From NCBI GenBank assembly GCA_950097015.1, contig CATNEN010000025.1:1488001-1552000 (forward strand): a stretch of DNA of 64,000 nucleotides. The letters are read 5' to 3'. The stretch is from Macrostomum hystrix (lineage: Eukaryota; Animalia; Platyhelminthes). The position numbers and the translations under genes were made by a program. The notes below the pieces were generated by a model. The model was given only the letters and a program-made list of their open reading frames with translations. It made no database searches and was not told where the DNA came from. Below are positions 48,590 to 62,185 of this stretch, piece after piece (within the stretch, counting starts at the first letter, position 1; each line of letters opens with the position of its first letter).

Positions 48590-50100
48590 CGAGTATTATA
48601 GAAAATCTCAAAGTTATTGGCTTTTCTGATTTTCCTAAACTGACTGATATCCAGCAAATCTCAAAGTTATTGGCTTTTCTGATTTTCCTAAACTGACTGA
48701 TATCGAGCAAATCACAAAATTATTGGCTTTTCTGATTTTCCTAAACTGACTGATATCCAGCAAATCACAAAATTATTGGCTTTTCTGATTTTCCTAAACT
48801 GACTGATATCCAGCAAATCTCAAAGTTATTGGCTTTTCTGATTTTCCTTAACTGACTGATATCCAGCAAATCTCAAAGTTATTGTCTTTTCTGATTTTCC
48901 TAAACTGACTGATATCCAGCAAATCTCAAAGTTATTGTCTTTTCTGATTTTCCTAAACTGACTGATATCCAGCAAATCTCAAAGTTATTGTCTTTTCTGA
49001 TTTTCCTAAACTGACTGATATCCAGCAAATCTCAAAGTTATTGGCTTTTCTGATTTTCCTAAACTGACTGATATCCAGCAAATCACAAAGTTATTGGCTT
49101 TTCTGATTTTCCTAAACTGACTGATATCCAGCAAATCTCAAAGTTATTGGCTTTTCTGATTTTCCTAAACTGACTGATATCCAGCAAATCTCAAAGTTAT
49201 TGGCTTTTCTGATTTTCCTAAACTGACTGATATCCAGCAAATCTCAAAGTTATTGTCTTTTCTGATTTTCCTAAACTGACTGATATCCAGCAAATCACAA
49301 AATTATTGGCTTTTCTGATTTTCCTAAACTGACTGATATCCAGCAAATCTCAAAGTTATTGGCTTTTCTGATTTTCCTAAACTGACTGATATCCAGCAAA
49401 TCTCAAAGTTATTGTCTTTTCTGATTTTCCTAAACTGACTGATATCCAGCAAATCACAAAATTATTGGCTTTTCTGATTTTCCTAAACTGACTGATATCC
49501 AGCAAATCTCAAAGTTATTGGCTTTTCTGATTTTCCTAAACTGACTGATATCCAGCAAATCTCAAAGTTATTGTCTTTTCTGATTTTCCTAAACTGACTG
49601 ATATCCAGCAAATCTCAAAGTTATTGTCTTTTCTGATTTTCCTAAACTGACTGATATCCAGCAAATCTCAAAGTTATTGGCTTTTCTGATTTTCCTAAAC
49701 TGACTGATATCCAGCAAATCTCAAAGTTATTGTCTTTTCTGATTTTCCTAAACTGACTGATATCCAGCAAATCTCAAAGTTATTGTCTTTTCTGATTTTC
49801 CTAAACCGACTGATATCCAGCAAATCTCAAAGTTATTGGCTTTTCTGATTTTCCTAAACTGACTGATATCCAGCAAATCTCAAAGTTATTGTCTTTTCTG
49901 ATTTTCCTAAACTGACTGATATCCAGCAAATCTCAAAGTTATTGTCTTTTCTGATTTTCCTAAACTGACTGATATCCAGCAAATCTCAAAGTTATTGGCT
50001 TTTCTGAATTTCCTAAACTGACTGATATCCAGCAAATCTCAAAGTTATTGGCTTTTCTGAATTTCCTAAACTGACTGATATTATAGCAAATCACAAAGTT
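48590..50100. repeat. 53-bp satellite (CTCAAAGTTATTGGCTTTTCTGATTTTCCTAAACTGACTGATATCCAGCAAAT)n, ~28 copies
   Basis: Period measured from 48607 to 48660. Confidence 0.97.
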
Positions 50101-51992
50101 ATAGACTTTCTGGTTCTTTTAAATGATTGAAATACAATCAGGTTAATAAACGTCAGGTTAAATACCCATATTTTGTGCTTCGTCAGCAGAAAAGACAGTT
50201 TTCTTTGCTACATATCTACAAGTTCCATGTTGTTCTTGTTGTTCCATGTTCCATGTTGTTCCAATCTTCACACGTACTTTATGACTTAAAATGTCCATGG
50301 CTTGGTCCGATTAATATGAAGCTTTCAAATTACTGATATGTTGCTATCGCGGTCTTGTACTAAACTGTTAACCCTGGCATTCCAGATAAATTTCTCTGGT
50401 TTGTTTCTATTTTTAGAAACAGTATTCTTTTCCTTGGCCCATTGCCAGTTGTAGTGGCACCCCCCCGTGGATTGGCGCATGTGTTCAACTCATGCTTTGT
50501 ACCAATAATGTACACAATGCCACGCCTGCACCAAATTGACTTATTGACGACCAGAAAATATAGATAATAATAATTATAGAAAGTTAGCAACTTTCTAGTC
50601 AAACTTCGGAAATCACAAACTACGAATAGCTTGCTCGAAGATAAGACCTAAAGTCTCATGAAAACAGTGCATGTGAAAATTGAAATGTGAAATGTGCAAA
50701 ATACGACCTATAATAAGAAAACGAAACTCGCTGAAAAACGCCATTTGACATGGTATAGTCCCACTGCAGGTAAATTTGTTAAAGAGATATCAAACATGGT
50801 CAGGACTAGGACTATTATACTTGACAACACTGTTGTGTTAAGTACACAACTTCTGGAAGTGATTTCATCGGATAGAGAGAAAATGTTTATTACGTTTTCT
50901 TAATTTTCATGACGACTGGTTAAACATTTTGGGAGATGCGCAGAACAGAATTAGAAGAAAATTAAAACTCGTTTAAAAAACGCCATTTGACATTTGATAG
51001 TCCCGTTAGACATTAAATTTGTTTGAGAAATCTCAAACATGATCAGGAGTTAAGAAAAAATCTTACACTCGAGGAGAAAAATCTACTTAATAGTGCAAGA
51101 CTATATAGGGGCAACAGAAACTTTTACTTGCTCGCTTCGCTCGCCTCGGACCATTAAACGCAGCCTCAGACTTTCTAAACACAGAATGACAATTAAGCAG
51201 CCACTATCATATACCTAAAATGCAGGGGCAGAGTGAGAAGGGGGCGAAGCCGCCACACCCTACCATAGACAAATTTATTCCTTGAATGTGGTCTACTAAA
51301 CTTTAGTCTATGAATTAGAGCGACGTTAATACACAGAAGGACATTAACGCGCATCCTACGTGCGTCTTATTGTCAACAAAAGTGCATAGCAATGTCAGCA
51401 AGAAGTACAGAAAAATTACCATCGCTCAAGTTTGCCAACCACTTTTCAAGTTTAACACGCCGTGGCATGTGGTGTTTTGTCTATGGCAAAAAGGGGATAC
51501 AGACAAGAAGAAAAGGTCATATTAGACAGCATCATATTAGCCATTAGATTAAACCAACAAAGAACTGTGTTCTATTAAAAAATATGGAACAGTAACAAGT
51601 TCAGTAAGAGTTTTAAACCACAATTATTAATTATAGTATCTTTATTATCTTCTTCACGCATAAATGTGCATTTCCTACTCTTACAAGCCATTTATTAAGC
51701 GCACTGCTACTTTAACCGAGATGGAACCACGTGTAAATGAGTGGGGTGACGGCTCAGTACGACCGAACGTGAAAAAAGTGGGCTAACCATTGAAGCTAAT
51801 AATAGAAGCTAGTTATTACACGCAACTGTCTTTTGAAGGACTAACTTAGCTGCTAAAAAGTATATACTAGACGAATTAAAAGTATTTCTGCTCCCCGAAG
51901 GGGGGCAAAACTTGCTAATTATTAATACTAATAATACATAATAATATAATAATAATATTATTATATTATATGATAACAATAATTGTTGTTGT

Positions 51993-52257
51993 TCAGCCAA
52001 CAGCACAGCCGCAGCTATTGCACGGCGCATCTGAAGGCTAAGTACGGCTGTTCACAGTTCAGTCCATGGACTGGGGAGACGCCACAACCACCCTCAATTA
52101 CCCTAGCTAATTCTGGTACCCATTTTACAGCTGGGCGAACGGAAGCAATTTAAAGTTAAGTGTCTTGCTAAATGACACAAATTGTTCCAGTGGAGTCGGG
52201 AATCGAACAACCAATATTTTAGTCTTGAGTGCGATACTCTAACCACTAGGCTACAAC
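51993..52257 (-). mobile_element. tRNA-derived CORE-type SINE, copy D
   Basis: Minus strand GTTGTAGCCTAGTGGTTAGAG head, GTTCGATTCCCGACTCCACTGGAACAA, CORE-like block, shared 3' end and (AAC)n tail. Confidence 0.85.
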
Positions 52258-52436
52258 TTCTACAAGCCCCATAGTCTAATACGCAGAGACCAGTTATATT
52301 CACATTGCACAAAAATGGTCTAAGAAATTGCAGATTGAATGTTATAATCGATAAAATGAAAGGACTCGTGTTTATAAAACGCAATTTTCGTATCCTAAAA
52401 TGATTTGAGAACTTCTTTGGTGCAAATTTCTTTCAG

Positions 52437-55400
52437 ACAAACTTGACACTCCCAAAGTGAAATAGAGGGGTAGACAAGCGGAATTAGGCATGTGAAAACT
52501 TGACACTCCCAAAGTGAAATAGAGGGGTAGACAAGCGGAATTAGGCATGTGCAAACTTGACACTCCCAAAGTGAAATAGAGGGGTAGACAAGCGGAATTA
52601 GGCATGTGCAAACTTGACACTCCCAAAGTGAAATAGAGGGGTAGACAAGCGGAATTAGGCATGTGCAAACTTGACACTCCCAAAGTGAAATAGAGGGGTA
52701 GACAAGCGGAATTAGGCATGTGCAAACTTGACACTCCCAAAGTGAAATAGAGGGGTAGACAAGCGGAATTAGGCATGTGAAAACTTGACACTCCCAAAGT
52801 GAAATAGAGGGGTAGACAAGCGGAATTAGGCATGTGCAAACTTGACACTCCCAAAGTGAAATAGAGGGGTAGACAAGCGGAATTAGGCATGTGAAAACTT
52901 GACACTCCCAAAGTGAAATAGAGGGGTAGACAAGCGGAATTAGGCATGTGCAAACTTGACACTCCCAAAGTGAAATAGAGGGGTAGACAAGCGGAATTAG
53001 GCATGTGAAAACTTGACACTCCCAAAGTGAAATAGAGGGGTAGACAAGCGGAATTAGGCATGTGCAAACTTGACACTCCCAAAGTGAAATAGAGGGGTAG
53101 ACAAGCGGAATTAGGCATGTGCAAACTTGACACTCCCAAAGTGAAATAGAGGGGTAGACAAGCGGAATTAGGCATGTGAAAACTTGACACTCCCAAAGTG
53201 AAATAGAGGGGTAGACAAGCGGAATTAGGCATGTGAAAACTTGACACTCCCAAAGTGAAATAGAGGGGTAGACAAGCGGAATTAGGCATGTGCAAACTTG
53301 ACACTCCCAAAGTGAAATAGAGGGGTAGACAAGCGGAATTAGGCATGTGAAAACTTGACACTCCCAAAGTGAAATAGAGGGGTAGACAAGCGGAATTAGG
53401 CATGTGCAAACTTGACACTCCCAAAGTGAAATAGAGGGGTAGACAAGCGGAATTAGGCATGTGCAAACTTGACACTCCCAAAGTGAAATAGAGGGGTAGA
53501 CAAGCGGAATTAGGCATGTGCAAACTTGACACTCCCAAAGTGAAATAGAGGGGTAGACAAGCGGAATTAGGCATGTGAAAACTTGACACTCCCAAAGTGA
53601 AATAGAGGGGTAGACAAGCGGAATTAGGCATGTGAAAACTTGACACTCCCAAAGTGAAATAGAGGGGTAGACAAGCGGAATTAGGCATGTGAAAACTTGA
53701 CACTCCCAAAGTGAAATAGAGGGGTAGACAAGCGGAATTAGGCATGTGCAAACTTGACACTCCCAAAGTGAAATAGAGGGGTAGACAAGCGGAATTAGGC
53801 ATGTGAAAACTTGACACTCCCAAAGTGAAATAGAGGGGTAGACAAGCGGAATTAGGCATGTGCAAACTTGACACTCCCAAAGTGAAATAGAGGGGTAGAC
53901 AAGCGGAATTAGGCATGTGCAAACTTGACACTCCCAAAGTGAAATAGAGGGGTAGACAAGCGGAATTAGGCATGTGCAAACTTGACACTCCCAAAGTGAA
54001 ATAGAGGGGTAGACAAGCGGAATTAGGCATGTGCAAAACTTGACACTCCCAAAGTGAAATAGAGGGGTAGACAAGCGGAATTAGGCATGTGCAAACTTGA
54101 CACTCCCAAAGTGAAATAGAGGGGTAGACAAGCGGAATTAGGCATGTGAAAACTTGACACTCCCAAAGTGAAATAGAGGGGTAGACAAGCGGAATTAGGC
54201 ATGTGCAAACTTGACACTCCCAAAGTGAAATAGAGGGGTAGACAAGCGGAATTAGGCATGTGCAAACTTGACACTCCCAAAGTGAAATAGAGGGGTAGAC
54301 AAGCGGAATTAGGCATGTGCAAACTTGACACTCCCAAAGTGAAATAGAGGGGTAGACAAGCGGAATTAGGCATGTGCAAACTTGACACTCCCAAAGTGAA
54401 ATAGAGGGGTAGACAAGCGGAATTAGGCATGTGCAAACTTGACACTCCCAAAGTGAAATAGAGGGGTAGACAAGCGGAATTAGGCATGTGAAAACTTGAC
54501 ACTCCCAAAGTGAAATAGAGGGGTAGACAAGCGGAATTAGGCATGTGAAAACTTGACACTCCCAAAGTGAAATAGAGGGGTAGACAAGCGGAATTAGGCA
54601 TGTGCAAACTTGACACTCCCAAAGTGAAATAGAGGGGTAGACAAGCGGAATTAGGCATGTGCAAACTTGACACTCCCAAAGTGAAATAGAGGGGTAGACA
54701 AGCGGAATTAGGCATGTGCAAACTTGACACTCCCAAAGTGAAATAGAGGGGTAGACAAGCGGAATTAGGCATGTGCAAACTTGACACTCCCAAAGTGAAA
54801 TAGAGGGGTAGACAAGCGGAATTAGGCATGTGCAAACTTGACACTCCCAAAGTGAAATAGAGGGGTAGACAAGCGGAATTAGGCATGTGCAAAACTTGAC
54901 ACTCCCAAAGTGAAATAGAGGGGTAGACAAGCGGAATTAGGCATGTGCAAACTTGACACTCCCAAAGTGAAATAGAGGGGTAGACAAGCGGAATTAGGCA
55001 TGTGCAAACTTGACACTCCCAAGTGAAATAGAGGGGTAGACAAGCGGAATTAGGCATGTGCAACTTGACACTCCCAAAGTGAATAGAGGGGTAGACAAGC
55101 GGAATTAGGCATGTGCAAACTTGACACTCCCAAAGTGAAATAGAGGGGTAGACAAGCGGAATTAGGCATGTGCAAACTTGACACTCCCAAAGTGAAATAG
55201 AGGGGTAGACAAGCGGAATTAGGCATGTGCAAACTTGACACTCCCAAAGTGAAATAGAGGGGTAGACAAGCGGAATTAGGCATGTGCAAACTTGACACTC
55301 CCAAAGTGAAATAGAGGGGTAGAACAAGCGGAATTAGGCATGTGCAAAACTTGACACTCCCAAAGTGAAATAGAGGGGTAGACAAGCGGAATTAGGCATG

Positions 55401-58400
55401 TGCAAAACTTGACACTCCCAAAGTGAAATAGAGGGGTAGACAAGCGGAATTAGGCATGTGCAAACTTGACACTCCCAAAGTGAAATAGAGGGGTAGACAA
55501 GCGGAATTAGGCATGTGAAAAACTTGACACTCCCAAAGTGAAATAGAGGGGTAGACAAGCGGAATTAGGCATGTGCAAACTTGACACTCCCAAAGTGAAA
55601 TAGAGGGGTAGACAAGCGGAATTAGGCATGTGCAAACTTGACACTCCCAAAGTGAAATAGAGGGGTAGACAAGCGGAATTAGGCATGTGCAAACTTGACA
55701 CTCCCAAAGTGAAATAGAGGGGTAGACAAGCGGAATTAGGCATGTGCAAAACTTGACACTCCCAAAGTGAAATAGAGGGGTAGACAAGCGGAATTAGGCA
55801 TGTGCAAACTTGACACTCCCAAAGTGAAATAGAGGGGTAGACAAGCGGAATTAGGCATGTGCAAACTTGACACTCCCAAAGTGAAATAGAGGGGTAGACA
55901 AGCGGAATTAGGCATGTGCAAACTTGACACTCCCAAAGTGAAATAGAGGGGTAGACAAGCGGAATTAGGCATGTGCAAACTTGACAACTCCCAAAGTGAA
56001 ATAGAGGGGTAGACAAGCGGAATTAGGCATGTGCAAAACTTGACACTCCCAAAGTGAAATAGAGGGGTAGACAAGCGGAATTAGGCATGTGCAAACTTGA
56101 CACTCCCAAAGTGAAATAGAGGGGTAGACAAGCGGAATTAGGCATGTGCAAACTTGACACTCCCAAAGTGAAATAGAGGGGTAGACAAGCGGAATTAGGC
56201 ATGTGCAAAACTTGACACTCCCAAAGTGAAATAGAGGGGTAGACAAGCGGAATTAGGCATGTGCAAACTTGACACTCCCAAAGTGAAATAGAGGGGTAGA
56301 CAAGCGGAATTAGGCATGTGAAAACTTGACACTCCCAAAGTGAAATAGAGGGGTAGACAAAAGCGGAATTAGGCATGTGCAAACTTGACACTCCCAAAGT
56401 GAAATAGAGGGGTAACAAGCGGAATTAGGCATGTGCAAACTTGACACTCCCAAAGTGAAATAGAGGGGTAGACAAGCGGAATTAGGCATGTGCAAAACTT
56501 GACACTCCCAAAGTGAAATAGAGGGGTAGACAAGCGGAATTAGGCATGTGCAAACTTGACACTCCCAAAGTGAAATAGAGGGGTAGACAAGCGGAATTAG
56601 GCATGTGCAAACTTGCACTCCCAAAGTGAAATAGAGGGGTAGACAAGCGGAATTAGGCATGTGCAAACTTGACACCTCCAAAGTGAAATAGAGGGGGTAG
56701 ACAAGCGGAATTAGGCATGTGCAAAACTTGACACTCCCAAAGTGAAATAGAGGGGTAGACAAGCGGAATTAGGCATGTGCAAACTTGACACTCCCAAAGT
56801 GAAATAGAGGGGTAGACAAGCGGAATTAGGCATGTGAAAACTTGACACTCCCAAAGTGAAATAGAGGGGTAGACAAGCGGAATTAGGCATGTGCAAACTT
56901 GACACTCCCAAAGTGAAATAGAGGGGTAGACAAGCGGAATTAGGCATGTGCAAACTTGACACTCCCAAAGTGAAATAGAGGGGTAGACAAGCGGAATTAG
57001 GCATGTGCAAACTTGACACTCCCAAAGTGAAATAGAGGGGTAGACAAGCGGAATTAGGCATGTGAAAAACTTGACACTCCCAAAGTGAAATAGAGGGGGT
57101 AGACAAGCGGAATTAGGCATGTGCAAACTTGACACTCCCAAAGTGAAATAGAGGGGTAGACAAGCGGAATTTAGGCATGTGAAAACTTGACACTCCCAAA
57201 GTGAAATAGAGGGGTAGACAAGCGGAATTAGGCATGTGCAAAACTTGACACTCCCAAAGTGAAATAGAGGGGTAGGACAAGCGGAATTAGGCATGTGCAA
57301 ACTTGACACTCCCAAAGTGAAATAGAGGGGTAGACAAGCGGAATTAGGCATGTGCAAACTTGACACTCCCAAAGTGAAATAGAGGGGTAGACAAGCGGAA
57401 TTAGGCATGTGAAAACTTGACACTCCAAAGTGAAATAGAGGGGTAGACAAGCGGAATTAGGCATGTGCAAACTTGACACTCCCAAAGTGAAATAGAGGGG
57501 TAGACAAGCGGAATTAGGCATGTGCAAAACTTGACACTCCCAAAGTGAAATAGAGGGGTAGACAAGCGGAATTAGGCATGTGAAACTTGACACTCCCAAA
57601 GTGAAATAGAGGGGTAGACAAGCGGAATTAGGCATGTGCAAACTTGACACTCCCAAAGTGAAATAGAGGGGTAGACAAGCGGAATTAGGCATGTGCAAAC
57701 TTGACACTCCCAAAGTGAAATAGAGGGGTAGACAAGCGGAATTAGGCATGTGCAAACTTGACACTCCCAAAGTGAAATAGAGGGGTAGACAAGCGGAATT
57801 AGGCATGTGAAAACTTGACACTCCCAAAGTGAAATAGAGGGGTAGACAAGCGGAATTAGGCATGTGCAACTTGACCACTCCCACAAGTGAATAGAGGGGT
57901 AGACAAGCGGAATTTAGGCATGTGCCAACTTGACACTCCCAAAGTGAAATAGGGTAAGCGGATTAGGCATGTGCCAATTGACACACCTCCCCCCCCAAAG
58001 TGAAATAGAGGGGTAGCAAGCGGAATTAGGCATGTGCAAACTTGACACTCCCCAAGTGAAATAGAGGGGTAGACAAGCGGAATTAGGCATGTGCAAACTG
58101 ACACTCCCAAAGTGGAAATAGAGGGGTTAGACAAGCGGAATTAGCGCATGTGGCAACTTGACACTCCCAAAGTGAAACTAGAGGGGTAGGACAAGCGGAA
58201 TTAGGCATGTGAACTGACACTCCCAAGTGAAGGGTAGGACAAAGCGGAATTAGGCATGTGAACTTGACACTCCCCCAAGTGAAATAGAGGGGTAGACAAG
58301 CGGAATTAGGCATGTGCAAACTTGACACTCCCAAGTGAAATAGAGGGGTAGACAAGCGGAATTAGGCATGTGCAAACTTGACATCCCCAAAGTGAAATAG

Positions 58401-60553
58401 AGGGGTAGACAAGCGGAATTAGGCATGTGCAAACTTGAACACTCCCAAAGTGAAATAGAGGGGTAGACCAAGCGGAATTAGGCATGTGCAAACTTGACAC
58501 TCCCAAAGTGAAATAGAGGGGTAGACAAGCGGAATTAGGCATGTGAAAACTTGACACTCCAAAGTGAAATAGAGGGGTAGACAAGCGGAATAGGCATGTG
58601 CAAACTTGACACTCCCAAAGTGAAATAGAGGGGTAGACAAGCGGAATTTAGGCATGTGCAAACTTGACACTCCCAAAGTGAAATAGAGGGGTAGACAAGC
58701 GGAATTAGGCATGTGAAAACTTGAACACTCCCAAAGTGAAAATAGAGGGTAGGACAAGCGGAATTAGGCATGTGAAACTTGACACTCCCAAAGTGAAATA
58801 GAGGGGTAGACAAGCGGAATTAGGCATGTGCAAACTTGACACTCCCAAAGTGAATAGAGGGGTAGACAAGCGGAATTAGGCATGTGAAAACTTGACACTC
58901 CCAAAGTGAAATAGAGGGGTAGACAAGCGGAATTAGGCATGTGCAAACTTGACACTCCCAAAGTGAAATAGAGGGGTAGACAAGCGGAATTAGGCATGTG
59001 CAAACTTGACACTCCCAAAGTGAAATAGAGGGGTAGACAAGCGGAATTAGGCATGTGCAAACTTGACACTCCCAAAGTGAAATAGAGGGGTAGACAAGCG
59101 GAATTAGGCATGTGCAAACTTGACACTCCCAAAGTGAAATAGAGGGGTAGACAAGCGGAATTAGGCATGTGCAAACTTGACACTCCCAAAGTGAAATAGA
59201 GGGGTAGACAAGCGGAATTAGGCATGTGCAAACTTGACACTCCCAAAGTGAAATAGAGGGGTAGACAAGCGGAATTAGGCATGTGCAAACTTGACACTCC
59301 CAAAGTGAAATAGAGGGGTAGACAAGCGGAATTAGGCATGTGAAAACTTGACACTCCCAAAGTGAAATAGAGGGGTAGACAAGCGGAATTAGGCATGTGC
59401 AAACTTGACACTCCCAAAGTGAAATAGAGGGGTAGACAAGCGGAATTAGGCATGTGCAAACTTGACACTCCCAAAGTGAAATAGAGGGGTAGACAAGCGG
59501 AATTAGGCAATGTGCAAACTTGACACTCCCAAAGTGAAATAGAGGGGGTAGACAAGCGGAATTAGGCATGTGCAAACTTGACACTCCCAAAGTGAAATAG
59601 AGGGGTAGACAAGCGGAATTAGGCATGTGAAAACTTGACACTCCCAAAGTGAAATAGAGGGGTAGACAAGCGGAATTAGGCATGTGAAACTTGACACTCC
59701 CAAAAGTGAAATAGAGGGGTAGACAAGCGGAATTAGGCATGTGCAACCTTGACACTCCCAAAGTGAAATAGAGGGTAGACAAGCGGAAATTAGGCATGTG
59801 AAAACTTGACACTCCCAAAGTGAAATAGAGGGGTAGACAAGCGGAATTAGGCATGTGCAAAAAAAAACTTGACACTCCCAAAGTGAAATAGAGGGGTAGA
59901 CAAGCGGAATTAGGCATGTGCAAACTTGACACTCCCAAGTGAAATAGAGGGTGTAGACAAGCGGAATTAGGCATGTGAAACTTGACACTCCCAAAGTGAA
60001 ATAGAGGGGTAGACAAGCGGAATTAGGCATGTGCAAACTTGACACTCCCAAAGTGAAATAGAGGGGTAGACAAGCGGAATTAGGCATGTGCAAAACTTGA
60101 CACTCCCAAAGTGAAATAGAGGGGTAGACAAGCGGAATTAGGCATGTGAAAAACTTGACACTCCCAAAGTGAAATAGAGGGGGTAGACAAGCGGAATTAG
60201 GCATGTGAAAACTTGACACTCCCAAAGTGAAATAGAGGGGTAGACAAGCGGAATTAGGCAAAACTTGACACTCCCAAAGTGAAATAGAGGGGTAGACAAG
60301 CGGAATTAGGCATGTGAAAACTTGACACTCCCAAAGTGAAATAGAGGGGTAGACAAGCGGAATTAGGCATGTGCAAACTTGACACTCCCAAAGTGAAATA
60401 GAGGGGTAGACAAGCGGAATTAGGCATGTGCAAACTTGACACTCCCAAAGTGAAATAGAGGGGTAGACAAGCGGAATTAGGCATGTGCAAACTTGACACT
60501 CCCAAAGTGAAATAGAGGGGTAGACAAGCGGAATTAGGCATGTGCAAACTTGA
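52437..60553. repeat. 57-bp satellite (ACTTGACACTCCCAAAGTGAAATAGAGGGGTAGACAAGCGGAATTAGGCATGTGCAA)n, ~140 copies
   Basis: Period measured from 52441 to 52498; no unique spacers; indel-rich middle section. Confidence 0.98.
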
Positions 60554-60749
60554 CTCGACTGAAACGGATGGGGAGCAAGACAGGCAAGAGAAAGAGAAGG
60601 GGAAACAAATGTACAGTAGGGGAAGTTGTTGCGGCGAGGCAAAAATTGACCATATGCACCGACCAGTTGATGACGGTTGCCAACAGCAACGGCAGCAGAC
60701 GCTCAAGCGTGGAAGTGAACGAGAATGCATCGTTATTAATACCGCCTGA
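60540..60749 (+). CDS. Exon-like ORF directly continuing the last 57-bp unit
   Basis: MCKLDSTETDGEQDRQEKEKGKQ...CQQQRQQ...; AATAAA at ~60939. An overlapping alternative frame (60550-60822) is also open. Confidence 0.3.
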   Translation: MCKLDSTETDGEQDRQEKEKGKQMYSRGSCCGEAKIDHMHRPVDDGCQQQRQQTLKRGSERECIVINTA

Positions 60750-61237
60750 CCCAGCCCAAAGAGACCAAAGCTCATCAGTCCAAGGAGACATCGGCGAGAC
60801 AGCTGAGCGCCAAGAAAGCTGAATTCATAAACTCGACTACTCACATACGTAAATCTTGCTTAAGACTGAATGTACAATGTAGCATTTCATTCAAACCAGG
60901 CATAAAAGACTGATTAATGAAATATAAATGCATAATATAATAAAATATACTTATTTCCTGCCAGTGCAATCACTTCATTCATACTACAACAGGCAAAATA
61001 GTGTCCTGTTTTACCTACGAAATATGCTTTGTATTTTTCTTTAAAGTGCGAGTACAGACTCGCAAAAAGTCTGCACGGTGATCCATAAATGTTTTGTTTT
61101 GAAAAATAAAAGATAGGATTAACATAAAATGCACTTTGGGCAGAGTTTGACTGAATCAAATTAAATTTTAGACAAAATCTAGCAGAATTTTAGGGGCGCC
61201 TCCTCAGCAACCGCCTAATATAACATGCTTCAATAGA

Positions 61238-61978
61238 GCAGACTCAAATGTGATATCTCAACTGAGTAGACTCAAATGTGATATTTTAACTGAGTAGACT
61301 CAAATGTGATATTTTAACTGAGTAGACTCAAATGTGATATTTTAACTGAGTAGACTCAAATGTGATATTTTAACTGAGTAGACTCAATGTGATATTTTAA
61401 CTGAGTAGACTCAAATGTGACATCTCAACTGAGTAGACTCAAATGTGATATTTTAACTGAGTAGACTCAAATGTGATATTTTAACTGAGTAGACTCAAAT
61501 GTGATATTTTAACTGAGTAGACTCAAATGTGATATTTTAACTGAGTAGACTCAATGTGATATTTTAACTGAGTAGACTCAAATGTGATATTTTAACTGAG
61601 TAGACTCAATGTGATATTTTAACTGAGTAGACTCAAATGTGATATTTTAACTGAGTAGACTCAAATGTGATATTTTAACTGAGTAGACTCAATGTGATAT
61701 TTTAACTGAGTAGACTCAAATGTGATATCTCAACTGAGTAGACTCAAATGTGATATCTTAACTGAGTAGACTCAAATGTGATATTTTAACTGAGTAGACT
61801 CAAATGTGATATTTTAACTGAGTAGACTCAAATGTGATATTTTAACTGAGTAGACTCAAATGTGATATTTTAACTGAGTAGACTCAAATGTGATATCTCA
61901 ACTGAGTAGACTCAAATGTGATATTTTAACTGAGTAGACTCAAATGTGATATTTTAACTGAGTAGACTCAAATGTGAG
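61238..61978. repeat. 28-bp minisatellite (AACTGAGTAGACTCAAATGTGATATTTT)n
   Basis: About 26 copies, each containing the inverted repeat TGAGT-AG-ACTCA. Confidence 0.96.
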
Positions 61979-62185
61979 TTGAGTTGAGAAGACTAAAATT
62001 AGTTTTTTTAACTGAGAAGCATTTTTGAAAAGTGGCAGAAGATGGAAATATACTGAAGAGTGAGGCCATGAAATGCTTATTTTTGGAGGAGTACGAGTCT
62101 TACAGTTTTTTTCAGCGCCTGCTGTAGCACCAACAGCTCACAGAGATCTCACCCAACTCCCATCGTGTCAGAGCTCCACATCTAG

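Noticed and set aside
9882-52257. tRNA genes suggested by A/B boxes (GGTTCGATTCC)
   Set aside because: There is no complete cloverleaf; each head continues into a shared SINE body.
55000-58900. Divergent, indel-rich core of the 57-bp array (worst at 57860-58260) as an older array centre
   Set aside because: Errors are mostly single-base homopolymer indels between near-perfect flanks, typical of low-coverage long-read consensus; it cannot be taken as biology without reads.
52372-60642. Very long Cys-rich ORFs (852 aa, 559 aa and others) on the minus strand
   Set aside because: They are pure translations of the 57-bp satellite in two stop-free frames, broken at random by indels, with no unique domain.
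21450-61978. CRISPR-like appearance of the 22-57-bp repeats
   Set aside because: The repeats are head-to-tail without unique spacers, there are no cas genes, and the context is eukaryotic.
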